64,000 nucleotides of DNA from Candidatus Bathyarchaeota archaeon (GTDB lineage Archaea > Thermoproteota > Bathyarchaeia > Bathyarchaeales > Bathycorpusculaceae): assembly GCA_963833575.1 (NCBI GenBank), contig CAWHXY010000004.1, forward strand, positions 320,001 through 384,000. Direction: 5' to 3'. Below, in pieces: positions 19,292 to 29,063 of the stretch. The translations under genes were made by a program, and so were the position numbers. How positions within the stretch are numbered: position 1 is the first letter of the stretch; each line of letters begins with the position of its first letter. The notes beneath the pieces are model-generated. The model ran no database searches and had not been told where the DNA came from. It was given only the letters and a program-made list of their open reading frames with translations.

Positions 19292-19591
19292 ATGAAAACA
19301 CTTGATGAGATAAAAGTTCAATTGGAGTCTGTTAAACCTGTTCTTCAAGAGAAATTTCAAGTGGAAGCCATCGGTATTTTTGGTTCTTATTCTCAGGGGC
19401 AACAGAAACAAAAAAGTGACGTAGACATCCTTGTTTCCTTTAGACAACCGAATGATATTGACCTTTTGGATTTTATCGCTTTGAAACAGTTTCTAAGCCG
19501 AAAACTCAAAACAAAAGTGGACCTAGTTGAGAAACAAGCTTTGAAGACTCGAATTAAAGATAGAATACTACAAGAGACAATCTATGTATGA
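19292..19591 (+). CDS. Minimal nucleotidyltransferase (MNT) antitoxin
   Basis: GIFGSY...SDVDILV...KVDLV motif. Confidence 0.92.
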   Translation: MKTLDEIKVQLESVKPVLQEKFQVEAIGIFGSYSQGQQKQKSDVDILVSFRQPNDIDLLDFIALKQFLSRKLKTKVDLVEKQALKTRIKDRILQETIYV

Positions 19592-19926
19592 CAAGAGACA
19601 CAAAACTGTATTTTGAAGACATCTTGAAGTCAATCCAAGAGGTTGAGGACTTTATGAAAAACCTCTCTTGTGACCAATTCTCAAAAGATACCAAAGCAAT
19701 TAGGGCAGTAACAATGGATTTTATTGTAATTGGCGAAGCAGCCAAGCATGTGCCTGCTGAAGTTAGAAAAAGATGCCCGGAAATTCCTTGGTCAAAGGTG
19801 GTTGGAATGAGAAACATTTTAACCCATGACTACCCTGAAACCAACATTGAAATAATATGGAAAACAGCGAAGAAACGCCTACCAGTTTTGAAACCTATAA
19901 TTGAAGAGTTGCTGAATGAACATTGA
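19588..19926 (+). CDS. HEPN/DUF86 ribonuclease toxin
   Basis: [21 protein letters not shown] (Rx4H); ATGA overlap with MNT. Confidence 0.92.
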   Translation: MTRDTKLYFEDILKSIQEVEDFMKNLSCDQFSKDTKAIRAVTMDFIVIGEAAKHVPAEVRKRCPEIPWSKVVGMRNILTHDYPETNIEIIWKTAKKRLPVLKPIIEELLNEH

Positions 19927-19978
19927 TTTAGGTAATTTTTTTGTCGACTAATTTTGAGTCAGTTGCTTAAAAGATTCT

Positions 19979-21191
19979 TTGTTAAATTTCAACCCTCAAA
20001 CTGACATATTATTGCAATACAGAAAACTTATCAACCAAGCCCAAAATATAGCGAAGCATATGACGGTTCAAAATTCATTGGCTTATCTGGACAAAGCACT
20101 TTCAGAAAATCCACCTTTAAGAAAAATAGTCGTTGAAACCTATCCCGAAGAATACTTGAAAATTCTTGACCGGCTTTTTCAAGAATTGTATTCCAATGGA
20201 TGTAAAGGAATCGAAACTAAATTTTATGAAACCTCACCAGAGTTGTTTAGGTTTCAGGCTACAATATCAGAAATGGATTTTGCGATGTTTTTCATTAAGA
20301 ATAAGATGCCTGTTGAGCTCTTATCTAACAACTTTTTCCAAGGAAGAATGGCTCCAGATATACATGGTATCGGTAAATCGAGAGAATACTATGTGGAAGT
20401 AAAAAAATATAGAACTTGACGAGGAACAGCACAATTTTGGTTGTAAGATTGCAGAATACCTGAATTCTATTAAATTATCATATATGGTCGTATTAAAAGC
20501 AGCCACATGTTTGTCAATGCCAGCATACATAGCGGAAGAACGGAAGAAAAAAGAGATTATTTGTGCAGAAACCTTTGAGGATTTTAAGGAAAAAGTAAAA
20601 GGACTCACCCAAGGTGCCTCAAAAATCTCTATTGAAATGGAAAATGCTGATATTGATTTACATCCCACAAAAAAAGACAACTCCTATCTTGGCATCTCTA
20701 CTATGAAAGAAGCCATATCACAACCGGATAACTATAGCCAAAGAATTAGGTATGATATTACCAGCAAAGCTCAAAAAAGGTCATTTTGGAAAGGCAAAGA
20801 ACTTGACTGCTTATTCATTATCGCATTAAAGGATAATTCGTGGCTTTTTGGTATCGATGAGTATAATGTAGATTTGTTTGGACACTGTCATTATTATATG
20901 CCCCCTCTGAAGCCCCCAAAAATAGAAATTGACACAAAATTGGCACAAGCAATTGCTCGAGGCTGGAAGGATTACATGACAAAAATATGTATACTGAATA
21001 ATAATTCCTCAGTTATAATCGAGAATCAAAGAGGCATGTTTTTCACAGAGCCAATCCTAACTAATGTCACTGCTATTATTGTTGAAAGCAAGCAGCGTCA
21101 TTTTCTATTGGCAAATCCCTTTGCCGATGAGAGAATTAACGCGCCCATTGTACTTCAAGAGGTCGGTAACACAATAACGGGATGGGAATAG
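19979..21191 (+). pseudogene. Frameshifted putative PD-(D/E)XK nuclease-like gene (ORFs 19979-20419 and 20484-21191)
   Basis: Removing one A from A7 at 20401-20407 gives a continuous frame APDIHG..YYVEVKNIELDEEQHNF...SYMVVLK. Confidence 0.7.
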
Positions 21192-21391
21192 GTCAACTTT
21201 GCTTTTCATTTAAAAAGCGAGTATAATCATACTAAGGAAAAGCGAATGGAAAAGAAACAAAAATCTATTTTTTTGGCAAGGATTTTCTTTCGGCAAGAAA
21301 GAACTGAGGGGCTCAATTCCCATACCCAGCTCCAAATGTTCGTTGAAAACAGTTAATGTCAACTGTTTACCGTTCTAATATCCATTGAATT

Positions 21392-22660
21392 TTAGGTTTG
21401 TTGTTTGAATCTAAGCATTGCAGCTATACCGCCAAAGGCATTCTTTAGCATTTGTCCTTCTTCAGTTTCAGTGGAAATAACTTCTACATCAGTGTTCCCA
21501 AGTTCGGCCAACTCAGCTAAGTCGTCGACCACGTCTTTTTTATCTATAACTGTAAAGGAGGGTGCACTGCATTTGGCGCATGGTTTGCCGATGAGACCTT
21601 TCTCGAAATCAGCTACTTGTTCTTTTTTTAGGGTGTGTTGTTCTTCGTAGCCGCATGCGCTGCATTTAACGGTGACACGGATCAAATCTAAGCTTTCTGA
21701 CAGGATAAGTAAACGAACCGCTCCTGATTGCAGTAGCCGCCTTACTTCGGCTTCACCGTAAGTTATCATGCCGGTGTCGTGGCCTACTTCGTAGAGGAAT
21801 TTTTGCATGATTGCTTTTTCTTCGATGTAGCGAACTTTCTTCATGATCTCTGGGGCTTTATCCATTACTTCTTTAACGCCTTGTTCCTCGACGTAAGCGG
21901 TGTCCACGACATCGAGGATTTTGTCTTTTAGTTGGTAGTTTAGGTAGCCTCCTTTCTCAAAATCATATTTTGTCGGTCCAGGACCACCAAGAATAATGCC
22001 TTTTAAATTGTCAAGTGGCAAGAAAGCTTCGTTCGCATGGACCCCAACACGGGTAAAGTACTCGTTTAACTGCATGTCTCTTAAGCGTTCATATCGTCGG
22101 GCTGATTGTCCACCTGCCTTAGTTTTGCCTGTAACACCTGAATGCATCTGGCGAACAATGTCTAGTCGTTTGCCCTGCAATATTGCAATGCTAGCGTTGT
22201 TAGCATCCACCAGCAAGATGCCGTAGCTTTCTTTTTCCCGCAGCATTTCCTGCAGATGTTCAGTGTGGAAACGTGAGTCACATCGATAAAGGAAAATTCG
22301 AATTGGTTCAGGCGGAACAATAACGTAGGCTTCCATGCGTTCTGTACCAGGCGCAGCACCTTCAGCTAAGAGGGCCCCAGTAAAAATTACTATGCCTTTC
22401 TCTCCAGGATCTTTAAACAGTTTGAGTTTTTGCTGGGCTTTAGTGATTGCGTCGAGTACGTTTTTGCGTGTAACGTTTGATTTGATGTTGCTGGCAGTTC
22501 CATATTCGTTGCGAAGAAGGTTTAATGCGTCGCTGATTTGTTTGCCCGGCGGAACATAAACAGTGATTAGTTCTGTGTGGCTGCCTTCTTTGCTGGCTAG
22601 AGAGTTAAGTGTTTTTCTTAGCCTGAATAGTTCAAGGGACGATTTTTTCGCTGTACTCAA
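21392..22660 (-). CDS. prf1: Peptide chain release factor aRF1
   Basis: TASNIKS, YRCDSRF, GGQSARR motifs; Zn-ribbon insert. Confidence 0.97.
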   Translation of the reverse strand: MSTAKKSSLELFRLRKTLNSLASKEGSHTELITVYVPPGKQISDALNLLRNEYGTASNIKSNVTRKNVLDAITKAQQKLKLFKDPGEKGIVIFTGALLAEGAAPGTERMEAYVIVPPEPIRIFLYRCDSRFHTEHLQEMLREKESYGILLVDANNASIAILQGKRLDIVRQMHSGVTGKTKAGGQSARRYERLRDMQLNEYFTRVGVHANEAFLPLDNLKGIILGGPGPTKYDFEKGGYLNYQLKDKILDVVDTAYVEEQGVKEVMDKAPEIMKKVRYIEEKAIMQKFLYEVGHDTGMITYGEAEVRRLLQSGAVRLLILSESLDLIRVTVKCSACGYEEQHTLKKEQVADFEKGLIGKPCAKCSAPSFTVIDKKDVVDDLAELAELGNTDVEVISTETEEGQMLKNAFGGIAAMLRFKQQT

Positions 22661-22742
22661 TTAATTTCACTAAATCTGTCGGTATTGGATAAGTAACGTT
22701 AAAAGGAACAAAATAAAAGTTCCGACTAAAAAATGGAACCTG

Positions 22743-23759
22743 TTACGCTTTTGGCTTGGCTGGGGGTGCCGCTGCTGGTTCAGGCATGGGTGCGCCAATG
22801 GCTTCTCTGAGGTAAGCCTTGAAAGGACCTAATTTTCCACCGTAATTGCCTGAGGAAATCTTTACAACTCCGGGTACGCCTATTGCTGCGGTAACTCCTT
22901 CTTTCATGCCTTTTTTGACAGCGTCCAGTGACAGCCCGTTCATGACTATTTCGTAGACGCATGTTACGCCTTCTGGAACAACACTGTCAGGCACTAATGT
23001 ACGCAAAGTTGGGCAGTAAACATGGTTAGTTGAAGCTTTCAGTTTGTATTTGAGTGAGCCAGCTTTGCTTCCTGCGCGGCAAACTCCTCCTGGAAACTGC
23101 ATAATTACGTCAGGAGCATTTGCGCGGATTGCATCTGCTGCAGCTTCAGCCGCTAAAAGTCCAGATGTCTGATCTTTCGCAAATATCATAAAGTTGCCGC
23201 CTGCAACCGCTTCCATGGCGCCAAACCCGTTTTCAACAAAGAAGTTGCCTTCCATAACGGGGATTTTCCAGCATTTTCTTCCGCCATACATGGCTTTTTT
23301 CTGGAACCCATCGCCGAAATAACGTAGGCTGTTGCCAACATCTAATGTGCGTTTACTCTTGTCTAAGCCGTTGAAGGCTGCAGTTGTCGGGCAAGTTAGA
23401 GTGCATTGGCCGATACGCTGCATTAGTTGGTGCTTGAGTTCAAAGCGGTCTCGGTTATAAATTTGAATAAGTACTCCAGGCCGTTTGTCAGGTGTCTGGT
23501 CTGCAGGAACAGTTCGTTCGACTGCTGCTTCCGCAGTCGCCTCAATTACGCTTGTAGCAAAACCTGTAGTTAAAGATCCGGCAATTAATGCCCATTTTTC
23601 GCTTTGAGCTGTAATTAAGACTCTTCCTGCCCAAAGACCAAACATTTCTGCAAAGGTGTCTTGAACCTGCACAACGTTTCCTTTGGGTGATTTTACGTAA
23701 AACATTTTTTCTTTATCGTCATAGCTTTGGATTTCAAGCGGATTAGTGTTTGAGGACAT
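22743..23759 (-). CDS. ftr: Formylmethanofuran:tetrahydromethanopterin formyltransferase
   Basis: DTFAEMF, TGFATSVI..AEA, TPDKRPG, RIGQCTLTCPTTA, FGDGFQ, FPGGVCRAGSK, SGNYGGKLG. Confidence 0.95.
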   Translation of the reverse strand: MSSNTNPLEIQSYDDKEKMFYVKSPKGNVVQVQDTFAEMFGLWAGRVLITAQSEKWALIAGSLTTGFATSVIEATAEAAVERTVPADQTPDKRPGVLIQIYNRDRFELKHQLMQRIGQCTLTCPTTAAFNGLDKSKRTLDVGNSLRYFGDGFQKKAMYGGRKCWKIPVMEGNFFVENGFGAMEAVAGGNFMIFAKDQTSGLLAAEAAADAIRANAPDVIMQFPGGVCRAGSKAGSLKYKLKASTNHVYCPTLRTLVPDSVVPEGVTCVYEIVMNGLSLDAVKKGMKEGVTAAIGVPGVVKISSGNYGGKLGPFKAYLREAIGAPMPEPAAAPPAKPKA

Positions 23760-23899
23760 TGACTGGACCTTGCAGTTCAGTTGGGAATTGTGTAATTTAA
23801 GAGTTTTCGTGAATGACTGAGACTTTTCCCGTTTTTTAACGCCAATTATTAATGATTTTTACTTCTTCGATGAAGGTTATCGGGTTTTTAGTGTGCGGT

Positions 23900-25918
23900 T
23901 TATTTCTTTTTTCTAAAATAGACTAATACTGTTAGCGAGGCGCCCAAAAAAATCGCTAAGATAATTGGGAAAGTTGGAATCTCGGGAATATTAGTTGTCG
24001 TTGAAGATGTTGGAGATATTGTCCGGGTTGGGGATGGTGTAGGACTTGCAGTTGGAGTTGGGTCTGGAGTAGCTTCAGGGGTTTGTGTTGGTGAAGGTGT
24101 TGGCGAGGGTGTGGGCGTTGGACTTGGGGTAGGCGTTGGGCTGGGAGTGGGAGTAGGAACAGGAGAAGTCGATACTGAGATTATGTGTGATGTTACCACG
24201 TTGGTAAAAGTGTAATTTCCCGTTATAGGTTGTTGAGAGCCGTCAACTAAGACTTGGGTTATTACATAGCCGTCGTTGGCTGAGTAATTGAATGTTTGAT
24301 TATCGCCGTAGTTGACATTGATTGAGCCTGAAGGGGTTATGTTGCTGAAAGAATCGCTTGAGGAAGAAATTGTTGTGTTGCTTGTTGTTCCGATATAAAG
24401 TCGTGAGCTTGGAAGTTCAGATATAAGGGTTTCAGAGGTAATGCTGTTCCAATCATCTGCGAAAGTTAACCGCCAAACACCGGAACTGTTTAGATTATAC
24501 TCAAAAATATTGGTTCCGAACATTGATTGGAACGTTCCAGGGGAACCTACACTTAAAGTCAAGGTATGGCTTGTGAGATTTATGTTGCATAGACCACCGT
24601 CAATTACGTTATTAATATCCTCATATGTGCAATCCTGTAAAGGCACAGCCAATGAACCCGTTACTGGGACGGTAGAAAGCAGCAATAATAGAACTGCTCC
24701 GTCTGCCGTAGCTTCTACACTAACCGGAACATCAGAATGCATCCTAAACATGTTGGTGGAATTATCAAATAATTTGCTTTGCAGCGTTAAATTCCAGGCT
24801 GGGGCTGGGCCTGCTGAGCCACCTAATAATCCCTGCACTTGACTCTGCATAGAACTGTTCATGCTACCGTAAAATCCAAGCATTGCAGCCCAAGATACAA
24901 TGGTGTTCTCAAGCCTCTCCTGAGGGTTACCGCTAGAACCATTAACACCCGTTGCATGAACAACAACGTAGTCTTTCCATTGAGGACTACTCCAATTTTG
25001 GTTAAGCGCTCTGGTTTCCATGTCAGCAAGCAAATTACTTGCATTTGAGATCGATGGGGCATAATACTGAAGTTTCCAAATAACCTGATCCATTGAACCA
25101 GCTTCACATTCGAAACAAGCCCAATCAATAGCATATTTGTAAAAGTTCCCGCCTGAATAATCCCAGTTATCCCAAAGATTGGAATTAGTCCAATTCCACC
25201 AATATTGAGCCTGTGTCAGCCCATCAGGCATACCCAGTAACCAAAAGGTCAAGTACATATCAATTGTCTCTGAGGCTTCATCATAATATCTAGGTCCGTA
25301 CCCTATGCCCCAACCCACAAGATTGGAGCCGACGCAAAGAACTGGTTTACCATAAGCGGTAACACTTTTATTAAATACTGAATATGCCGTCGAAAGGTTC
25401 CATTTAGATGTTTCATAACCTAATTGGGCAGCCCATTGATAGGCGTACAAATCGTATCTATTATAGACAAGAAAAGAAGCAAGTCCAGAGTTAGAATAAT
25501 CAAATGGTAACCCGCCAACATTAGGCAACATCGGCATTTTATCTAATGCTGATTCTACCGTTGTTGCATTGATGCTGACTTCGAATTTGCTTAGTTCAAA
25601 ATACCAATAAAACACTTCTTCAGCTGCGGAAACTGAAGTTATGTTAATAGAATCAACTGCCGTTTGAAGTTGATTGATTGTAGTTTGCCCTAATGCAATT
25701 CCATCGTAAATTGTTTGGAGGCTAGAATTCCAACCGACATTAGTGCTTATACTGTTTTCCAAAGATGCTATCATCGAATCTGAACCTGCTGACTGAGAAG
25801 AAATAGTGGTCACTTCACCACCAGCAAAAACTAATGCTCCAACAAAGCAGCTAAAAACTAAAAGGGTCACAAGACACAAAGTCGAAATCTTTGTCATTTC
25901 CGAAGTTTTTTTGGTCAT
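23900..25918 (-). CDS. Secreted protein: aromatic-rich catalytic-like domain, InlB-B/Flg_new-type repeat, PT linker, PE-CTERM-like anchor
   Basis: [34 protein letters not shown] repeat domain, (PT/PS)n linker, IPEIP + TM + RKKK. Confidence 0.75.
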   Translation of the reverse strand: MTKKTSEMTKISTLCLVTLLVFSCFVGALVFAGGEVTTISSQSAGSDSMIASLENSISTNVGWNSSLQTIYDGIALGQTTINQLQTAVDSINITSVSAAEEVFYWYFELSKFEVSINATTVESALDKMPMLPNVGGLPFDYSNSGLASFLVYNRYDLYAYQWAAQLGYETSKWNLSTAYSVFNKSVTAYGKPVLCVGSNLVGWGIGYGPRYYDEASETIDMYLTFWLLGMPDGLTQAQYWWNWTNSNLWDNWDYSGGNFYKYAIDWACFECEAGSMDQVIWKLQYYAPSISNASNLLADMETRALNQNWSSPQWKDYVVVHATGVNGSSGNPQERLENTIVSWAAMLGFYGSMNSSMQSQVQGLLGGSAGPAPAWNLTLQSKLFDNSTNMFRMHSDVPVSVEATADGAVLLLLLSTVPVTGSLAVPLQDCTYEDINNVIDGGLCNINLTSHTLTLSVGSPGTFQSMFGTNIFEYNLNSSGVWRLTFADDWNSITSETLISELPSSRLYIGTTSNTTISSSSDSFSNITPSGSINVNYGDNQTFNYSANDGYVITQVLVDGSQQPITGNYTFTNVVTSHIISVSTSPVPTPTPSPTPTPSPTPTPSPTPSPTQTPEATPDPTPTASPTPSPTRTISPTSSTTTNIPEIPTFPIILAIFLGASLTVLVYFRKKK

Positions 25919-26138
25919 GCATCGTCAGCTAACATCATAGTTTTTCCAGGACTGAAATTGGCTGTTGCTTGATGCGAGTTAAGAGCCACTCTGCGCCTGT
26001 ATAGCAACCGAGAGATACCCAATACCAATCGCTCATAAGCTTCTCATCTAAACTTCATCATTAAGTTTACGCATTTAAAATAAAGACAAAAACTAGAATT
26101 TACATTTAATTACGTTGAAGCCTATCTTAAAAAATATT

Positions 26139-26843
26139 TCATGGCTCAACTTTGATTATTTGTGGGATTTTTCCTGCAGTCCCAACTTGACCCTTATAAA
26201 TTATAAACACACCTAATACACCTTGTATCGCCAATCCTTTGCTTATTCCTTCGTTAATTGCCGCCTGCACGTCTTCGCCTTTAATTACGTTGCCTACCGA
26301 TGTTGCTGCTGCATCGGCTAAAGCAGCGTTTTTGCAAAAAATCGTTGCTACCTCAGCATCACCAAAACTAAATGCATGACTAAAGCGTCCCGAACTAGTT
26401 GCGACGCCAATTGGGAAGTCTATAAGTCGAAAACCGAACTTTTTTGATAGTGGTTCTTCTCCAGCGGCGACAGCTACATCAATTGGGATGTTTGATGTTG
26501 CTGAGATTTCTCCACCGTTTTCTACAACAGCCACTTCACACCCAGTATCGATCATTTCATCTACTGCCAAATCTGCAATAACACCCGCCACTGCCGCCAT
26601 GGGTCCAACGTCTGCCTTTTCTGCGGCTTGAGCCATCAACTTTGCAACAATTGGTTTTTCAGGCGGAGGGATTGGTTTGAGAGAATACAGAAATTTTGGG
26701 TTTGCCATAGTGTAGATTTCGAGTTCTTGTCTGTTGCGTTTGATTGATCCGATAGCGGTTTGAATCGCTCTTTGCTTGTCAGAAATTATGGTACATTGAG
26801 ATTCTTTTAAAACAAAGTTTTCTTTGAAGAGGTTACGGGTCAT
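26139..26843 (-). CDS. UPF0280 / ApbE-like protein (MA1715 family)
   Basis: VGPMAAVAG, VENGGEI, GVATSSG..HAFSFGDA, ALADAAAT. Confidence 0.92.
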   Translation of the reverse strand: MTRNLFKENFVLKESQCTIISDKQRAIQTAIGSIKRNRQELEIYTMANPKFLYSLKPIPPPEKPIVAKLMAQAAEKADVGPMAAVAGVIADLAVDEMIDTGCEVAVVENGGEISATSNIPIDVAVAAGEEPLSKKFGFRLIDFPIGVATSSGRFSHAFSFGDAEVATIFCKNAALADAAATSVGNVIKGEDVQAAINEGISKGLAIQGVLGVFIIYKGQVGTAGKIPQIIKVEP

Positions 26844-27274
26844 TTGTTTTTCCTATTATTCGCTGATTGATCATTGTTATTTGGTTTGACTGATTTTATG
26901 GCTCTTGCTGGGCATGCGTCAACGCAAATACTGCAGGTGCTACCGACGCATTTTTCCTTGTCAAATACTACAGTGGAATCATAGTCTACATGTATAGCTT
27001 CGACAGGGCAGAGAGCGACACATGAGCCGCAGCTAAAACATTTCTCTGAGTCAACTTCGATGAGTTTAGGCACTGTTACTGAGATGCCTCTTTCTCTGAA
27101 AGCTTTCACTATTGTTTCTTGTTGCTCGTCTGGGATTTCAGCGAGAATTTCTCCGCCTTTTGAGTTCATGTGTGCGGACAAAATGATCATTGGCACTTTG
27201 TATTCTATGATTATTTGGGATGCTATAGGCTGGGATACTTGTTCTTCTGAGAATCTGATTAGAATACGTGCCAT
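26840..27274 (-). CDS. NIL-domain 2x[4Fe-4S] ferredoxin (MA1822-like)
   Basis: N-terminal NIL-like domain; CFSCGSCVALCP and CVGSTCSICVDACP. Confidence 0.9.
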   Translation of the reverse strand: MARILIRFSEEQVSQPIASQIIIEYKVPMIILSAHMNSKGGEILAEIPDEQQETIVKAFRERGISVTVPKLIEVDSEKCFSCGSCVALCPVEAIHVDYDSTVVFDKEKCVGSTCSICVDACPARAIKSVKPNNNDQSANNRKNK

Positions 27275-27277
27275 GCT

Positions 27278-28783
27278 TTACCGCCGTCCTAACAGTTTAG
27301 AAACGTCTTCTGAAGTGATTATTCCCAGAACTTTTCGTTCAATATCGACTACTGGTAATGCTGAAATGTTGTGTTGCGCCATACGTTTTGAAGCGACTTC
27401 GAGGGGTTCATCAGGTTTTGCTGTGAAAACATTGTGTGTTTCAATGTCAATTAATGCTTTTTTGCCTTCAGCCATAGCGCGAGTTACATCCCAAGAAGTA
27501 ACTATTCCTTTCAACTTGCCAGTTTCATCAATTACAACTATGTGATTGACGGATTTAGTGACGATCTTGTGAGCTATCGCTTGTATTTCCTCATTTTCTG
27601 TACATGTGACTGCAGAATGCATAACGCTCATGACGAAGGGTATTTCTTCAGTCTGTCTCATAGGTCTAAAGACAGTGTCGTTTGGTAAACGCTCAACAGG
27701 CGAGCTTAAGAAGAATGTTCCTTGTTCGATCCAAGATTTTAGCGTCGCCGAAACTTTCTTAGCCATTTTTATGCTCGACAATGAGCTCACACGTACTTTC
27801 TTATCGTTAATTGTTATTGATCCAGATTTTAGCTCTTTATAACTCACTTGCCTAAGCTTCGGCCTATCCCTACGCGGGACACTATAATCAACCACATCAG
27901 TCATGATTTCGCTGTCACGAATCGCTGTCTTCTTCGCCAAACCCTCATTTAAAATTGGAATCGGAATTCCTAAACCTACATACATTGAAGTACCATACCG
28001 TGTAAAAGCTGCACCCTGCAAAAACTCTGGAGACATTTTTTTAGCGTCCCCTTTTACCATTAGAGTGCCGTTTAGGTTTTTGGGGCTATGCTGGGTGCCT
28101 TCACCAATAACGTATCCTTGTCCTCCTCCAAGGAAGATGCGGGTGCCCATGCCGATGGTTTCGTAATCGGGATCATTCATAAGCGGGTTCAATTCGCCAG
28201 CACCAGAAAAAGTGGCGTTTCGTAATCTGGGCAAAAGTTTGCTCATGTAAGTGTAAATTGTTTCATCGCTGGTATTTACTGCACAGTTATAGCGTTGGTA
28301 ACAGTTGCGAAAATTTAGGAGATAAAATTGGTTTAGATCGTCTTTGGTTATGTTTGTTTTTAGTTGAGTTCTTGGGTAACAGTCTGTTCCGTAGCCTATT
28401 GCTCGGAGTTCAACTTCTTCTCCAGCTACCAATTCTTGGATAACGTGTCCGCCGCCATATTCGAATGGTTGTTTTTCTGACATGTTTGTTGCTCCAACAA
28501 AAAGGTCGACTGCTGCGCCAGGATGGCAAACTTCTACGTCGTTCATCCAGGCTTTGTCAATTTTTATTGGTGGGTCAGAGTGCCCAAGGTTGATAACTGC
28601 ACCAGAGGAACACATGGCACCAAAAGTGCCCGTTGTTACAACATCGACTTCTTTAAAAGCAACTTCAACGCCGCTGCTTTCGACTAGCTTTTTCATTTCT
28701 TCAGCAGTTAAAACTTGAGCGTCGCCGTTCTTAATTTTTTGGTTAATTTCTTCTACTGTCCGAGTATTGGCATGTTTAGACAA
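27278..28783 (-). CDS. DUF39-CBS homocysteine biosynthesis protein (aspartate-semialdehyde sulfurtransferase, MA1821-like)
   Basis: RTVEEINQKI, VDVVTTGTFGAMCSSG, YGGGHVI, TDCYPR, NFRNCYQ, C-terminal CBS pair. Start estimated at the TTG at 28783. Confidence 0.92.
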   Translation of the reverse strand: MSKHANTRTVEEINQKIKNGDAQVLTAEEMKKLVESSGVEVAFKEVDVVTTGTFGAMCSSGAVINLGHSDPPIKIDKAWMNDVEVCHPGAAVDLFVGATNMSEKQPFEYGGGHVIQELVAGEEVELRAIGYGTDCYPRTQLKTNITKDDLNQFYLLNFRNCYQRYNCAVNTSDETIYTYMSKLLPRLRNATFSGAGELNPLMNDPDYETIGMGTRIFLGGGQGYVIGEGTQHSPKNLNGTLMVKGDAKKMSPEFLQGAAFTRYGTSMYVGLGIPIPILNEGLAKKTAIRDSEIMTDVVDYSVPRRDRPKLRQVSYKELKSGSITINDKKVRVSSLSSIKMAKKVSATLKSWIEQGTFFLSSPVERLPNDTVFRPMRQTEEIPFVMSVMHSAVTCTENEEIQAIAHKIVTKSVNHIVVIDETGKLKGIVTSWDVTRAMAEGKKALIDIETHNVFTAKPDEPLEVASKRMAQHNISALPVVDIERKVLGIITSEDVSKLLGRR

Positions 28784-29063
28784 GGAGCTTACCTTAATGT
28801 CAATCGAAAAGGTGCCGCACGTTAATATTTTTTGCGCAAAAACCATGAATATGCTTAATGTGATTACATTTTGAAACAAAATACCGTTGAAGGGCTCATA
28901 GTCTGGGTTCAGAATAAGAGGAATTTTTACGAGACAAGAATAGTCATAAATGGAGGCGAAAATTTTCTAAAGATTGGGCAGAGGGCAACCTGTAATTTTA
29001 AGTAATAGTTCTATTAAAAAGCTGACAAAAAAAGAAGGAAATGGTTTTTTTAGGTTGTATTTT

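Noticed and set aside
24020-24165. Tandem GGTGT/GGAGT-like repeats
   Set aside because: Explained by the coding Pro-Thr/Ser linker of the surface protein.
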